In this document: in pieces, positions 24,925-36,844 of the stretch | How positions within the stretch are numbered: the stretch's first letter is position 1 | Layout: each line of letters begins with the position of its first letter | Origin: Vermamoeba vermiformis | Lineage: Eukaryota | Reading direction: 5' to 3' | Assembly: GCA_045837725.1 (NCBI GenBank) | Contig: JBEWZL010000063.1 | Coordinates: 1 to 64,000, forward strand | Length of the DNA stretch: 64,000 nucleotides | Made by a program: the position numbers and the translations under genes | The notes under the pieces: generated by a model | Told to the model about the DNA's origin: nothing | The model's input: only the letters and a program-made list of their open reading frames with translations | The model's database searches: none

Positions 24925-26333
24925 CTATTGTCGTTCGTTCCATTCAAGAGCCGACCAAATTTCCTTCATGACTGTCCTGCGATCTTTGGCTCGGATGTAT
25001 TCTCTTCTCTTGGCAAATTCGATGAGCCTCGTTAATTCTTTGACTTGTACGAAATAATAGTCCACAGATAAAAATGCTATGGGAAGGAAGATAGGGATCA
25101 GCAGTTCCTGCGGTAAGTTTTGAAAAAATCCCTTCTCTGCTGGCAGCAGAATGCACTGAAGCATGAAAAATACTTTAGATAGGCTCATCAATGATTGGCG
25201 GTGCATGGATGCTTTAATTATGGCTATCTTAGCCGGATCTGGTCCGCATCTGTCGTTGTACTTTTGTTCGATCTCCAATGTATAATTCGACCAAGCTGCT
25301 TTGCAGAAGTTTGTTACAGCAGGTACTCGGTCATACTTGTGCCATTGAATATGGAACTTGACCAATCTTAACGGAGCCTCAGGCAGTACTTTAGCCAAGT
25401 TGTCATTCATGAAATTGACGGGGTTGAATTCCATGAGCCTGATCGGCGATGAAGCCACAAACAGAGGTGATATGTCCGCTGAGAATCTAGCATCGCCTGG
25501 CTGCATAGTCAGACTCTCCAACGACCTGCCAAGAAAAGTTAGTTACGGACGACAAATCGCATCCAGTTTTTATCTGTTGCGTACGATAGTCCCGACAGGA
25601 GTTGTACGAGCTCAGGTTTTTCATTAAGCCAATTTTCGTGGAATTCAATCGATTTGATGTTCTTATTGCCTTTCAAAGCTTCAAGCAACGGAATTCCGTC
25701 CAAACTGTTCGATCCGTTGGCAATCAATCCAAACGAAGTCAAATTAGGCATAGCAGCCAGTGCTTGGGCAGCGTTATGTACATTATTCATTGCGCAGTGC
25801 GTCAAGTCGATAGATATCTTGCGCAAGTTTTTGTTCCCGTTGAGCACATCCACAAATCCGTTCAAATCCCAACGAGTTAATTTTCTGCATTCTAAGCTGA
25901 ATATTTCTAATGTGCCAATATTTTCCATTGCTGGTATCAACTCTTCAGAGAACAGGTCTTTTTCTTTCGAGTCCAACGTATCCATAAAATTCAGTGACAA
26001 CGATTTTAAAGACTTATTCATTTTTAAATATGAACCTAGGTCTTGATACCATAGTCTAGTTGTAATTGCGAGCGAAGTAATTCTTGACTGCTTGTTTAAT
26101 ATTTTTAAAAATGATAAATCGCAGTTGCAAGGCAAATAATGCTGTAAATCTATCTCTGTAATTGAAGTATTTTTCTTGAGCGCATTTTCTAATAATTTTG
26201 AATTATTTTTGGTTAATTCTGTAACCACGCACAACCTTTTCCAAGTGCAATCCGCTGCTTCAATAGTCTTGAGCACGCCCTTGAACTCCGTACTAGCTAT
26301 ATTGCTACTTTCTATACAAATGGAGTCGTTCAT
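24925..26333 (-). CDS. RNI-like leucine-rich repeat protein
   Basis: Repeats such as LENALKKNTSITEIDL, LKMNKSLKSLSL, LNGNKNLRKISIDL and LKGNKNIKSIEF. One intron at ~25526-25583 joins ORFs 25539-26381 and 24925-25521. Start codon uncertain. Confidence 0.75.
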
Positions 26334-26537
26334 GTGGTTTCTTACACACGAATAAAAATTAAACAAATTGCGAGATCTCACGCTTGCACTAAGCCCAGTG
26401 ACAATTTTAACTTAAGCGAGGTAAAACCCTGGCTTATGTAAATCCTAAGTGGTTAGATATAAATTGTAAATTTCGAACTCCTGTGTAATCGTTGCTACTC
26501 CTTTTAAAGCGAAGTTTATTAGCGATTCAATTATTGC

Positions 26538-27917
26538 TTATCTTTCTTTTTCTTCTTCAACGGACTGTCTTTCATTATCTTAGCAAGCGCGGCAATAGCA
26601 TCGCCTCCGATTTCTAAACGTTACGTTAGATAGGCAGATCTCGTCAACGACTTCGCGTTGTTACTTACTAGCAGGTGATTTCTTCTCTTTGGCAGGTGAA
26701 GAACTCGTGTCTTCGTAGCTTTCTGACTCGTCTTTGGACTTGTCTTTGGATTTCTTAGAGCTCTTAGGAGGCTTGGCTTTCAAAGGCTACAAAATCATGC
26801 ATTAATAATCGTTAATGAAGTCCGACTATAACAATATATTATTAAAGATATGCTTACAGTCTTTAATCTCGGAGATTTGGAGGTAATGTCGTCGAGATCG
26901 GCGCTCGAAGTTGTAGCGGATGTGACGATTTTAGGAACCGATTGGCCGCGGTAGCTAGTGCTAATAGAGCTGTTGTATCCACCAGGGAATACTGGTGCTT
27001 TGCGGAACCTCCACATCATTAAGGCAGGAAGGAGCAACCACAACCCGTTAGCCTTCAAAACGATTAGTGCTGGAATTAATTAAAAGGTATATTTACGCAC
27101 TCCTAGAATGAGGTTGGGATTGGTGGGCTTGCTAGTCTGATTAAAGACTTCGAATAAATAAAGGCACGCGTGATCCAAATGAAGTGCAGCGAAAAGAATG
27201 CCAGGAAGACGCCTAGTAAGGGTATCATTAGTATTTCGGCCATTTGTATATTATATTTAACTATAAATACCATTCTTTGCGCTTGATCAAGCCATAGACT
27301 GCCATAATTCCTAGCGGCAGCAAAATGAACGCGCTCGATCCGTTTAAATAACGGAAATAAGGTGGATTATTCTTAACTTGCAGGTCATTGGTTCTATCGA
27401 CGTAGTCTTTCATATCCAAGCCAACTGTTAACGAAGGTGTCAGAAAATGAATCATTTTCAGATCCCGCCAGATATTAATTCATAAAATATTTGTTTTAAT
27501 TATTACCTGTTTGGCGAAGCTTGCAACCCCAAATACACACTCTTTCCCGAAAAGTGTCATCGAACATGTACTACAAAATTAAATCAATTAAAAGATTTTT
27601 TCTGAATTAATCCATCAATTACGTACGTCACAGCGTGTCATCATCGGGCAATTAAGTCCGAATTGCCAATCAAGGATAGCGCCGCTGAAGAAGGTCAGAG
27701 CACTCTAGATCCGACTTTGATTAGATTTTTTGAAAAAATACAAAATTATTTTAGTTAATTTACAATTAACGGGAAACGCATGTAATAGCACAATAGATAA
27801 ACACTATTCTTAATAGAATTAATTTAAAAAATCTATTAAATTGGCTATTGAATTGAAATATTGAAACGTGAGTGTACGACTTACCAGTGCTATAATGAGG
27901 ATATCAATCTTATACAT
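26538..27917 (-). CDS. EXPERA domain (TMEM97/EBP-like) membrane protein
   Basis: Spliced reading includes DYVDRTNDLQVKNNPPYFRYLNGSSAFILLPLGIMAVYGL and ANGLWLLLPALMMWRF. C-terminal KKKKER resembles an ER-retrieval tail. Confidence 0.7.
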
Positions 27918-28173
27918 GGTGAATACAATTGAATTTACGGGCTTTGTTGTATTCACTGAGAATGGCAAAATTAATTGGTTTGATTCAATTTAACGGAGAT
28001 TTTCTGCCCGGGCAGGATTTTGCGATCAAATCACAATCGAACCCATCAAAACAAATCAATAAGTAACTGAATTGCTCCTTGACATTTAATTGTGCTTTTT
28101 CACGCATAGTTTTTCGGATGTCGCTTCGGATCTTGGCACAAACAATGAACGGTAAAACACAGCCGTGCGCAGT

Positions 28174-30084
28174 TTACTTCTTGTTTTTATTACTGATGTC
28201 AGGCGATTGCAAGCACAAGTTACACAGTCGTTGTCCGTGCTCAGTCTTGTAAATCAATCCTTTGCCGTCACATTCAAAGGACTGGCACACGTACTCGCGT
28301 TGAAATTGGTCCACTTCGGTGTCTTCTTCATTCTTGGTATTAGTGAAAAAAGTAATATCTACATTCATCGATTCATTATTATCCTCATCTGTAGTATCCT
28401 TAGTAGCGTTTGTGTTGGGTACAAAGTGATGTCTGTTGCCAGAATTATTCTTGATCCAGCGAGATCTCTTCTTCTTTTTCCGTTTTTGACTAGTAAATAC
28501 CTCTTCGCTAGATCCATTCTCGCTATTAGTATTCTCAGAATTATTGTCTCTATTTTTCTCTTCAGATTTTGTTATTTTCGGCTTCGGTCTGCATCCAGGA
28601 CACAAGCATTTGAAGTGATAATCAGCCAATAGCTTTTTTTGCCTGAGGGCACTGGGCTCGCTTAACGGAATATAACTGATGTTGAGCTCTGTTTTTTCAG
28701 GAATATCGTGCAAAGCAATAAAGTGCATCAATTTGCCTCGCTGATCGAACAGCAAATTAGGCCAGCATGAATGACTAACAATAAATCATTATTGATATGG
28801 TCTTTAATAGCACATTATCGAGTCTTACTTGAAGTACGAGGCCACGGGGTAGATCGCGTACCCAAAACAATAATTTCCGTATTTTCGAACACCAAAGCCA
28901 TTTTGAACTGAATAATAACGATTAGTAACAATATAATTATGCTATATCTTATCTTCATATATTATACGTACTAAGCTGACACATAGTCTCGATAAAATTT
29001 TCAGTCGGTTCTAACTTCAACTGGGCCTTGTGCGTAATATTCAACAGAATTCTTCTTAAGTCGTTGAAATATCCCATATTAGCCTTGTTGAATAGACTTC
29101 TATTTGAAATCAATACTGAGACGTCTTTCCAACTCAATTCGAATTTGTCGCTAGATCCGCAACTCGTCTGCCTTTCTTCGTTGTTACTATTAATGCTACT
29201 ATTTACATCTTCGCTATTGTTGTTATTACTATTTACATCCATATGTGACATATTGTTATTAACATTGTTTTGAACGGCCCGATCGCTATCAATCGTAATT
29301 TGAGAAACGTTATTTGCAATAGAATCGCTAATCTCGGCTTCTTCATCGCTATTGAATGGTTGACCAATGATAACTTTCTTTTCTTCCACGTATTTGCGCA
29401 AAAACATTTGTAGTAAAAGCTACAAACGAAAAGTTAGATCTTGATCGAAAGCTAAAAATTATTCTTTCGGTTAAAAATGGCCTTTATAAACCGTAGATTA
29501 TATATAATATTATTTACGTACTCTCACGGTACTTTTGGTCCATTCATCGACATGAGTGACTTTGATCAGCGATTTTAACGAGACACAGATCGGTGCGTGC
29601 CATGCAGCATCGTCTTCTTGGCATTTAGCCGAACAATACCATACATTATTACAGTCGGCACTAGAAAATATAATCTATTAATATTGCAATGCCAAAGATA
29701 CGACGATTCTGAAAATATTTTCAGTTTTAGTCAGATGCATTACCATTTGAACAACTGTTGCGCATTTAAATCGAATTGCATGCAATTAAAGCATCCATAT
29801 GTTTTGAACTCTTCGGCAACAGTAATCGCGTAGGGCTCTACGGTAAGCACAATCTCACCAGATTTGATTGCTTTTTTACTACGCATAAACCGGCCCTATT
29901 AAATCAGAAAATTTAGCTGTCATTTATTAATTTATTGCATTAATTATTAACGAAGATCTTCTTGATTCAAAAAGGTGATCGTTACCTGCTCGGGCGTGAA
30001 ACACAATTCTACGTGTTCACTATTAACAAAATATTTTTCTGGACCATTAACATCGAGCGATTGTGCCGTTTTTGTGGTCTGCAT
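28174..30084 (-). CDS. SET and MYND domain lysine methyltransferase (SMYD family)
   Basis: GRFMRSKKAIKSGEIVLTVEPYA, MYND cysteines (CFNC...CNNVWYCSAKCQEDDAAWHAPIC), AIYPVASYFNHSCWPN across an intron, ELNISY and post-SET FKCLCPGC. Confidence 0.9.
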
Positions 30085-30119
30085 GTCGGATGGGAAATAA
30101 AAGGAAAAACCGAAATCCG

Positions 30120-30899
30120 CTACCGAACAGGTGTCGAACCGAAATTTCCTGTGGTCCACATCCATACAACCTTCAAAGTTTCCAAACCGAACCCTTGATC
30201 ACAAGTAAGGCCTAGCCAACTTTGGGGCGGTAATGAGTCGCTGCCAAACGATGCGACAAGAGGAAAGTACTGTAAACTGCCTACTGCTTAACGTATGTTT
30301 CCTTTCGGGGCTGAAATTTCCATTTGGATTTAAGCTTGGTGCCGCTCAAACCTTCCAAATACTCTTCGACTAGCTTTTGTGCCTCTTTATCTTTACCAAA
30401 TTTAATTTCTCCCGGTTCATTGTGGTTTGGGTTTTTATCCGCAACGAAAAACTTGGCGTACTTCAACGCGTGCCATTTGCCAAATGCGCTCAAATCGAGT
30501 TTGTTTCTGCTGCCCTTTTTTTGCGAAGAGGCGTGCTCGTAATATAAATCCCACGCTTTTTGTTCGATCATTTCTTTTGCCTGACTTATCCTCTCCAATT
30601 TGCCTGTAATAATATTCATAATTAACATTAATAAGATATTAAATAATTGTCAATTAAGATGTGGCAATTTAATTTGACCGTTTATTTAAATTAGGAATTC
30701 AGACCCTGGGTCTTAAACTACAACTAAGCGAATTAGACGAACCTATAATATCAAGAGTATCAGCACCAGTTCTAGAAGCCTCAATTTGCACGTTGAAAAA
30801 GTCCTTCAACTTTGGATTTAGCTCGGTGCACAATTGTTGCTGGATTACGAAAGGAATTTCGTTCAGCTTTTCTCTTCGTACCAAATGCACGTCAGACAT
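30120..30899 (-). CDS. Hypothetical protein (spliced)
   Basis: ORFs 30699-30899 and 30281-30628 are separated by an AT-rich GT...AG segment, with a possible last exon to ~30120. No family recognised. Confidence 0.45.
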
Positions 30900-31080
30900 T
30901 GTTTTCAGCTAAGCTATAGTAATTAGAGATGCATACAAAAAAGACAAAATTAAAACGGAAGCCGGATAAAAACCGAAAATTACATTAACAATTCACATCA
31001 GCTCCGCGACAGCTAAATGAAGTTCTCGAGATGACAACAGCAGACAAACTCTAACCCGTACATAATGCATCTCATGTACA

Positions 31081-32297
31081 GATCTCCAAGAACAACAGGA
31101 TCTCTGCACGGTGCAGGTTTGGTCAAACTTAGTCAAACTGTGCCCGAAAACTGTGTTTGGTCTGCGAAGAACTTTAGCCAAACACAGAGTGCTCGTCACC
31201 ACGTCGCATGCAAACGCTGCACTTCAATTGGCGAACTATCCTACAGATGAATATCCCCGCTATTCGAAATTTGATCGCGCAAGAGAAGTAAGTCAGCAGG
31301 CGAAAAAATAACTAAAAGAGCACTCTAACATTTTTAAAACAGCAAAATTAATCAGGGCGTAGGCGTAATCGTTCTGCACCACGAAGATCTGGAGTTACTA
31401 CCAATTGTACAGCAAGCCATGGAACAGTTGGGTTATATCGGCTTTCTCAATAGCTTATTATGGAGTAAAATTATGCCTGATGGCACACGAAGGTCTATAG
31501 TCATTCACTGTTACAACGAAGTCGACGCTGTTCCGTTGGATCAGCACTTGATACAATCCAGAAACGTTATTCTACTCACTTCAAATACAAATGAAAACGT
31601 TAAAACACCTGTTGTCATTAATAGAATATTTAATGCTTCTCTACGAACAGAAGAATCCTACCGAAATTTTGATTTGCCGCATGAAACTTTCGGGGCGGCG
31701 ATGGAGTGCGAAGAAATGTGCAAAGTGGAGCAAAGAAGCACTGAGACACTAGCTTTACAGTTACGGAATGCCATAGAAGCAACGCATAATGCGAGTAAAT
31801 ATCTCCGATCGAAGTATTTTGTGATTGCCTCAACCCATCATCAACATCAACTGGCACTGCTGATCGACACAATTGCATCGAGTTTTGTGACCAGGATTGA
31901 TAAAAAAATCTTCATCTATCGATTCAACAAGGATACTCCACGAGATTTGCCCTGCTTGACGGAACCTCTGAAGGCGATGGGTGTTGAATCATCAATTCTT
32001 TTCAACGCGGTCAACGACAAATGGACATGCTACTACGTCTATGTCGATCAACTATTCAGCGTACTGCTAACTAAATTTCGTGAGCCCTTTGCACCGCTTC
32101 TGCCTTGGATGATTGGCCTTCATTCGCCGTGCTGGAAATTCACGGAAACGCTGTTAAACCATCCGGACAATTCGAAGATATCAGAAGAAATCCGTTTCGT
32201 AATGGGCTATCTGAAGCGATTCCCGATGCTTTGTGGAGACCCTGGCCGATGTGAAGCCAGACAATGCGATCACAAGAAGCTTGGCATTGAAGAATAA
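31081..32297 (+). CDS. Hypothetical protein
   Basis: 292-aa ORF 31419-32297 plus an upstream exon ending at the gtaagt donor ~31288. Start not resolved and no family recognised. Confidence 0.55.
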
Positions 32298-32735
32298 TCT
32301 TATAAGCAATTGAACTCGAGCGAGTTGCGCCTATTATTAATAATTTAAATTAAATTAGTAACGAAGCCCTTGCAAGGGTTTTTAAAATTCATTCGTTTGA
32401 GCGAGAGCCAATATTTAAAAATAAATACAACATTCAGATGCGAAAATTTCCCTAAATCAAAAAAACGAACGTAAAATTTGGTCGACCATAATTATTTAAA
32501 TTATGCAGCATAATGAAGATACGTACCACTTTTCTAACGTTATTCTTGCAAGAAGTCTTGATCAACAACGAGTAGGACTTACAATGGAGTTAAAATAGAC
32601 CGTTTTTCCCTTTTTTATTATTGTTTTTGTGTCCGGGGGGGGCCCCGGGAGATTTTTTAAAGTTTCATTACATGACCATTTACAGCACCAAACCAACAAC
32701 TGAAGCATTTAAATAGAACTTAAAAATTTCTATGC

Positions 32736-33854
32736 ATGGGCAACGGAATTAGGTAACCTACAGCCGCTCGGTGACGAATATTGGCGCGATCCAAATTATT
32801 ATCATTTTTCTGTTTCTTGTTACTTATAAAATTATTAGAACAAAGTCTAATATTAGAAAATTAAATTGGCGCAACTTATTAATTATTAATTTAGCACTAG
32901 CGCTTGCTCCCATGGATTTGAAGCTTGGGAGCAACTGAACGAAGACACAATGCTCGTCTTATTAAAATATTTAACAGTATTCGATTACGTACAGCTAACA
33001 CTGGCCTGTAGAAAATTTCTTTACTTCCTCCTTGGTCCTGTAAGTTCTCTCTTACAAAATCTTTCTATTTCTCGTTCACTGAACCGCTTATTCATGAATA
33101 GAATAACTACTTTTGGGCACAGCTGTGCGACAATTTACTAAAGGACGAGGAACAGCCCAGCGACCTTTCTAGTGGGGAATGGCTGGGGTACTACGTGCCA
33201 CCTGACACCCCACCTACAGTGCTTAGGAGTCGCCCAAAAAGCGCTAATGAACTGCTCAGATACGTGCAAAATGGAAGAAAATTCATTGTCGATGGCAAAC
33301 CGGTGGATCTAAATCGAAAGATCAATACGATGAACAAGCACTTTGTTAGCCACTTCAATTTCAAAGAAGAAATCAAAGCGTACTTCTTTGAAGCAGTACT
33401 GCGAGTCAATTTAGAGGCGCAAATAAGAAAATTAGTGCGAAGTTCATATCTTCAGTTGGTTAGAGTGGATTTGGATCGACAACCAGATTTGAAAAACTTG
33501 TGGACGAAGCTAGACTATATATCGCACCATTATAATTTGGATTATAGTTTCGTAGTGGATATTGGAGCCGATCCTATGGCATTAGGCGCTGTGGTCAACT
33601 TGCCCTACACGTACAAAAACAGATTAGTTTGGTACGTCCGCTGTGAAAGTGAAAGGCGTAATACTCAGCCAACAATATCATACACCTCTACTCAACAAGA
33701 TCTCTTTCCGAAGAATGATAAGAATTCAAACTTGGTCCGACATCCAGATGTTTTTCAACTTCCGAAGCTGACTCCAGGAAATCAACCAAGCAACTCAACA
33801 AGCTTGCCTTCGCTCTCCTCGCTCGGATATTATTTGCCTCCGAATTTCAATTAA
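32736..33854 (+). CDS. F-box protein with possible N-myristoylation site
   Basis: Spliced MGNGISTSACSHGFEAWEQLNEDTMLVLLKYLTVFDYVQLTLACRKFLYFLL...NNYFWAQLC is an F-box pattern. The 3' structure is uncertain and may join the downstream ankyrin exons. Confidence 0.6.
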
Positions 33855-33859
33855 CCACG

Positions 33860-35516
33860 ATGAACTGCCCCCAACACGAAAACTTCTGTGCGAGAAAAAG
33901 CAGTCGATCGAAACTTAACGGAAATTTCTGGCGAGTCACCGAGGTAAGTGTTTGGTTCATTAAAAACAACCGTGATCATCTACAGAACACAATTCAGCAG
34001 GTAAACACAACGGATGGGCTCAAAGCAATCGATCGAAGACAAAGCGAGAGTAAACGCGATCCAATCCGCATTGAACACTTGGGATAGCAAATCCGTAGAA
34101 GACACTGCAGGTAATAATTATTAAAATTTAAAATTTTATTCTCCGCTAATTCTGAATCATTTATCTTAGAGGCTATTAAAACGGAGATTGATGCTGGTCT
34201 GGATGTCAATCAACGATTACCAAAGTATGCTTAGAATTCTCAAAATGACTTATCAACTAACGAATCTATTAGTGGCGATACTTTATTAACCGCGATCTGT
34301 TCGCTTGAGTGCGAAGATGACGAAAAACAGCGAAAAAGGCTGCAACTGCTAGAGAAGTCTTTTGATTTCGGCGCAAATGTTAATACGTAAGCATATTCAT
34401 ATAATTACAATATTACACAATGTGTCCTCCGCACCTAGTTATGGTATATAAAAAAATATACTAAATTGGCTTAATTTTCCGAACAGAAAAAATCGGTCTG
34501 GCGACACTCCCCTAATTATTGCCGCAAAATCTGATGACACTACATTAATTCAATCGTTATTAATGCACGGCGCAAATACGCATGATGAAAATAAGAGCTC
34601 ATTTAATGCGAGTCAACTTGGATCGGCATCCGGAACTAAATTTATTGAAGATTGGCTGGCGAAATGTAAGTACTGAGCAGAATTATATTGCCAATCTTTA
34701 TTATACGGGTTATTTATCAGCTCCGAAACTGAGTTTTGTGTTTTTTGTGATCCAGGCTCACAAGAGATTAAAGCGATGTTTGCGCGCGTGACTGAAAACC
34801 AATCAGAGACCACGGCTGAATCGATTAAACCCTTTATTAACGATAGATTGGGTTGGTTACGCTATTTACCACATGAAAAACGAGAAAAATATGAAATTCT
34901 GCAGCACAGCCTTAGTATTGCCAAATCCAATACTCGGGGCAGTATAAAAATCGACGGACAAATTCAATTTGATAACACTACGCCCAGAGATAATAACGAA
35001 GCCGTTGACAATAGCATCCACGTCATTAGGAAGATCTTGCATCAAAAAGAATATTTGGAACTAGATTCACTTCGGATAGACGTAGGAAATAAGCGAAGAT
35101 CGTTTAAACTAGAGAATTTGGTCATTCATAAATCACTGTTTGCCACGCAACAAGCCAAGAAGATCGTACAAGGCGAGGTAAGCACATTTCGCTAGCGTAC
35201 CTGCAGATCCTTCAATTTCCGTTCCCTCTCAGCTATCTTGCATAGGCTTACGCTTTACCTATAGGAACATATCATGGAGCTGCTGACTAGACTCGGTCTC
35301 TCAGACGAAGATCGGATCCCGATTCTCGTTCTCTTCTGCAACTCAGCCTGGGTTGAAAACGAACGGTTGAGCCCTGCAGCTACTCTACATGAGATAATAT
35401 TACCCGCTCTCGTAAGGTTGTGTTCTTTTGAACGATTACCCTCGTGGTACGAAGCTGCTTTGATCGAGTGGATGGATGCGAAGACAAGCGGCCGAGAACA
35501 AACAATGAGCAGCTGA
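33860..35516 (+). CDS. Ankyrin repeat protein (5' end uncertain)
   Basis: Exons read EIDAGLDVNQ, GDTLLTAIC...FDFGANVNT and KNRSGDTPLIIAAKSDDTTLIQSLLMHGANTH. Confidence 0.65.
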
Positions 35517-35679
35517 TAACCCTATTGTTGCTAAAATTGTAAAGTAAACTGTATTATAGAAGCGACACCTCGACGTGTACTTCGTGAGAAAGTCTTGTCT
35601 GGATCTACTTAACTTTATATTATATTTACATCAAATTACTATAAATAATAATTCGTTCATATTTGACGCCAGAAGTAGC

Positions 35680-36092
35680 TTAGTTCTTCTTGACAATCGG
35701 CTTGGGTCTGTTTTTGAAAATGTATTTCTTCCTGATCACGCCAACAACGTTCATTGATACATTAGACTCGCCGCTCTTAATAGCCTCTTCACTTAAATGA
35801 GCCTTTGATATATGTCTGTTCAATACTGCAATTGGTTTCGGCAAATCTGTTTCTTTTCCTTCCAGTTCGTGATTGCCGATGACTAAAAATGCTTTACCCT
35901 GATAAATATCAAATATTAATTATTTATAATTGTCTCATAATTATTAGAATATTATTTACGCACGTCTCGGACAGTAAATTCGCCAAGAGTTTGTCCATCT
36001 AACGCCTCGCCCTTTCTAGGCTCAATAGATCCTTGAACCTCTATAATGCACCATTCATTTGGCTTATCTTCGCATTTAATAACGATGCGCAT
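35680..36092 (-). CDS. CTF8: Chromosome transmission fidelity protein 8 (Ctf18-RFC subunit)
   Basis: Two exons: MRIVIKCEDKPNEWCIIEVQGSIE...GQTLGEF / GKAFLVIGNHELEGKETDLPKPIAVL...VVGVIRKKYIFKNRPKPIV. Not present in the ORF track. Confidence 0.9.
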
Positions 36093-36142
36093 TATGTTCG
36101 CGTATTAGATTTAAAAAATAAACTGGTTTTTGGATCATTTTA

Positions 36143-36151
36143 GGCGCGAAA
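36143..36151 (-). promoter_or_regulatory. E2F-type site upstream of CTF8
   Basis: Minus strand TTTCGCGCC ~55 bp upstream of the ATG. Confidence 0.55.
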
Positions 36152-36226
36152 GGCGACGTCAGCACCTTGACATCCAAAAATCAATCAACTAGCTCCTAAT
36201 TGTTATTAAGTAATTTTATTAGTCCA

Positions 36227-36784
36227 ATGGTGCAGTGCTCGACGATTAGCAAAGTAGTTTTACAGCTCATCTGGCTGGTCGCGACAATTTTCAAGCTGGT
36301 GCTCGCCATTGTAAGACTATAATTATTAAATGATCACCACCGAATTATTTTGTTCTTTTTTGATTATTAGAGGACGGTTGACGTGTTTTCTGGGGCAGTG
36401 CAGATTACCCCTTTGCCTCTTGCAGAAGATACATCGTGCTCGTGGCTATGCAGCCTACTGTTATATCCAGAACTCGCTTTGGCGAGTTACATCTTCATCT
36501 TGACGCTCTGTCGTTGGTTTTACTACGGATTGGATGCTTTTTCGAAGCGAGAATACGTCAGCTCCCAGTTAATCACCTCCCTATTAATTTTAGGGCACTT
36601 AATTATCGTTATTGTGACTGTGCCACATGGTTTCTTGCAGCGTGGAGATACGAATACACCTTTCTACGGATTTCTTGTCCTTTCATCCATCGTGCAAGTA
36701 GTCTCGATGGGAATATTACAAGTAATGAATATGTTAGTATTTTTAGTCACTCCTATTGGGGTGCCTCCTCGAAAAGAGCTGTAA
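36227..36784 (+). CDS. Small multi-pass membrane protein, unknown family
   Basis: Exon MVQCSTISKVVLQLIWLVATIFKLVLAI, intron ~36311-36369, then ORF 36383-36784 with three more hydrophobic segments. Confidence 0.55.
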
Positions 36785-36844
36785 ATAAAGCGCAATAATA
36801 AATTAAACGAAAGTTGATTTTATTGTTTTACGCCCTTTGTGAAA

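Noticed and set aside
34582-34791. ORF MMKIRAHLMRVNLDRHPEL resembling LVRVDLDRQPDL in the F-box ORF
   Set aside because: It is off-frame to the clear ankyrin repeat on the same bases; the similarity is short and likely chance.
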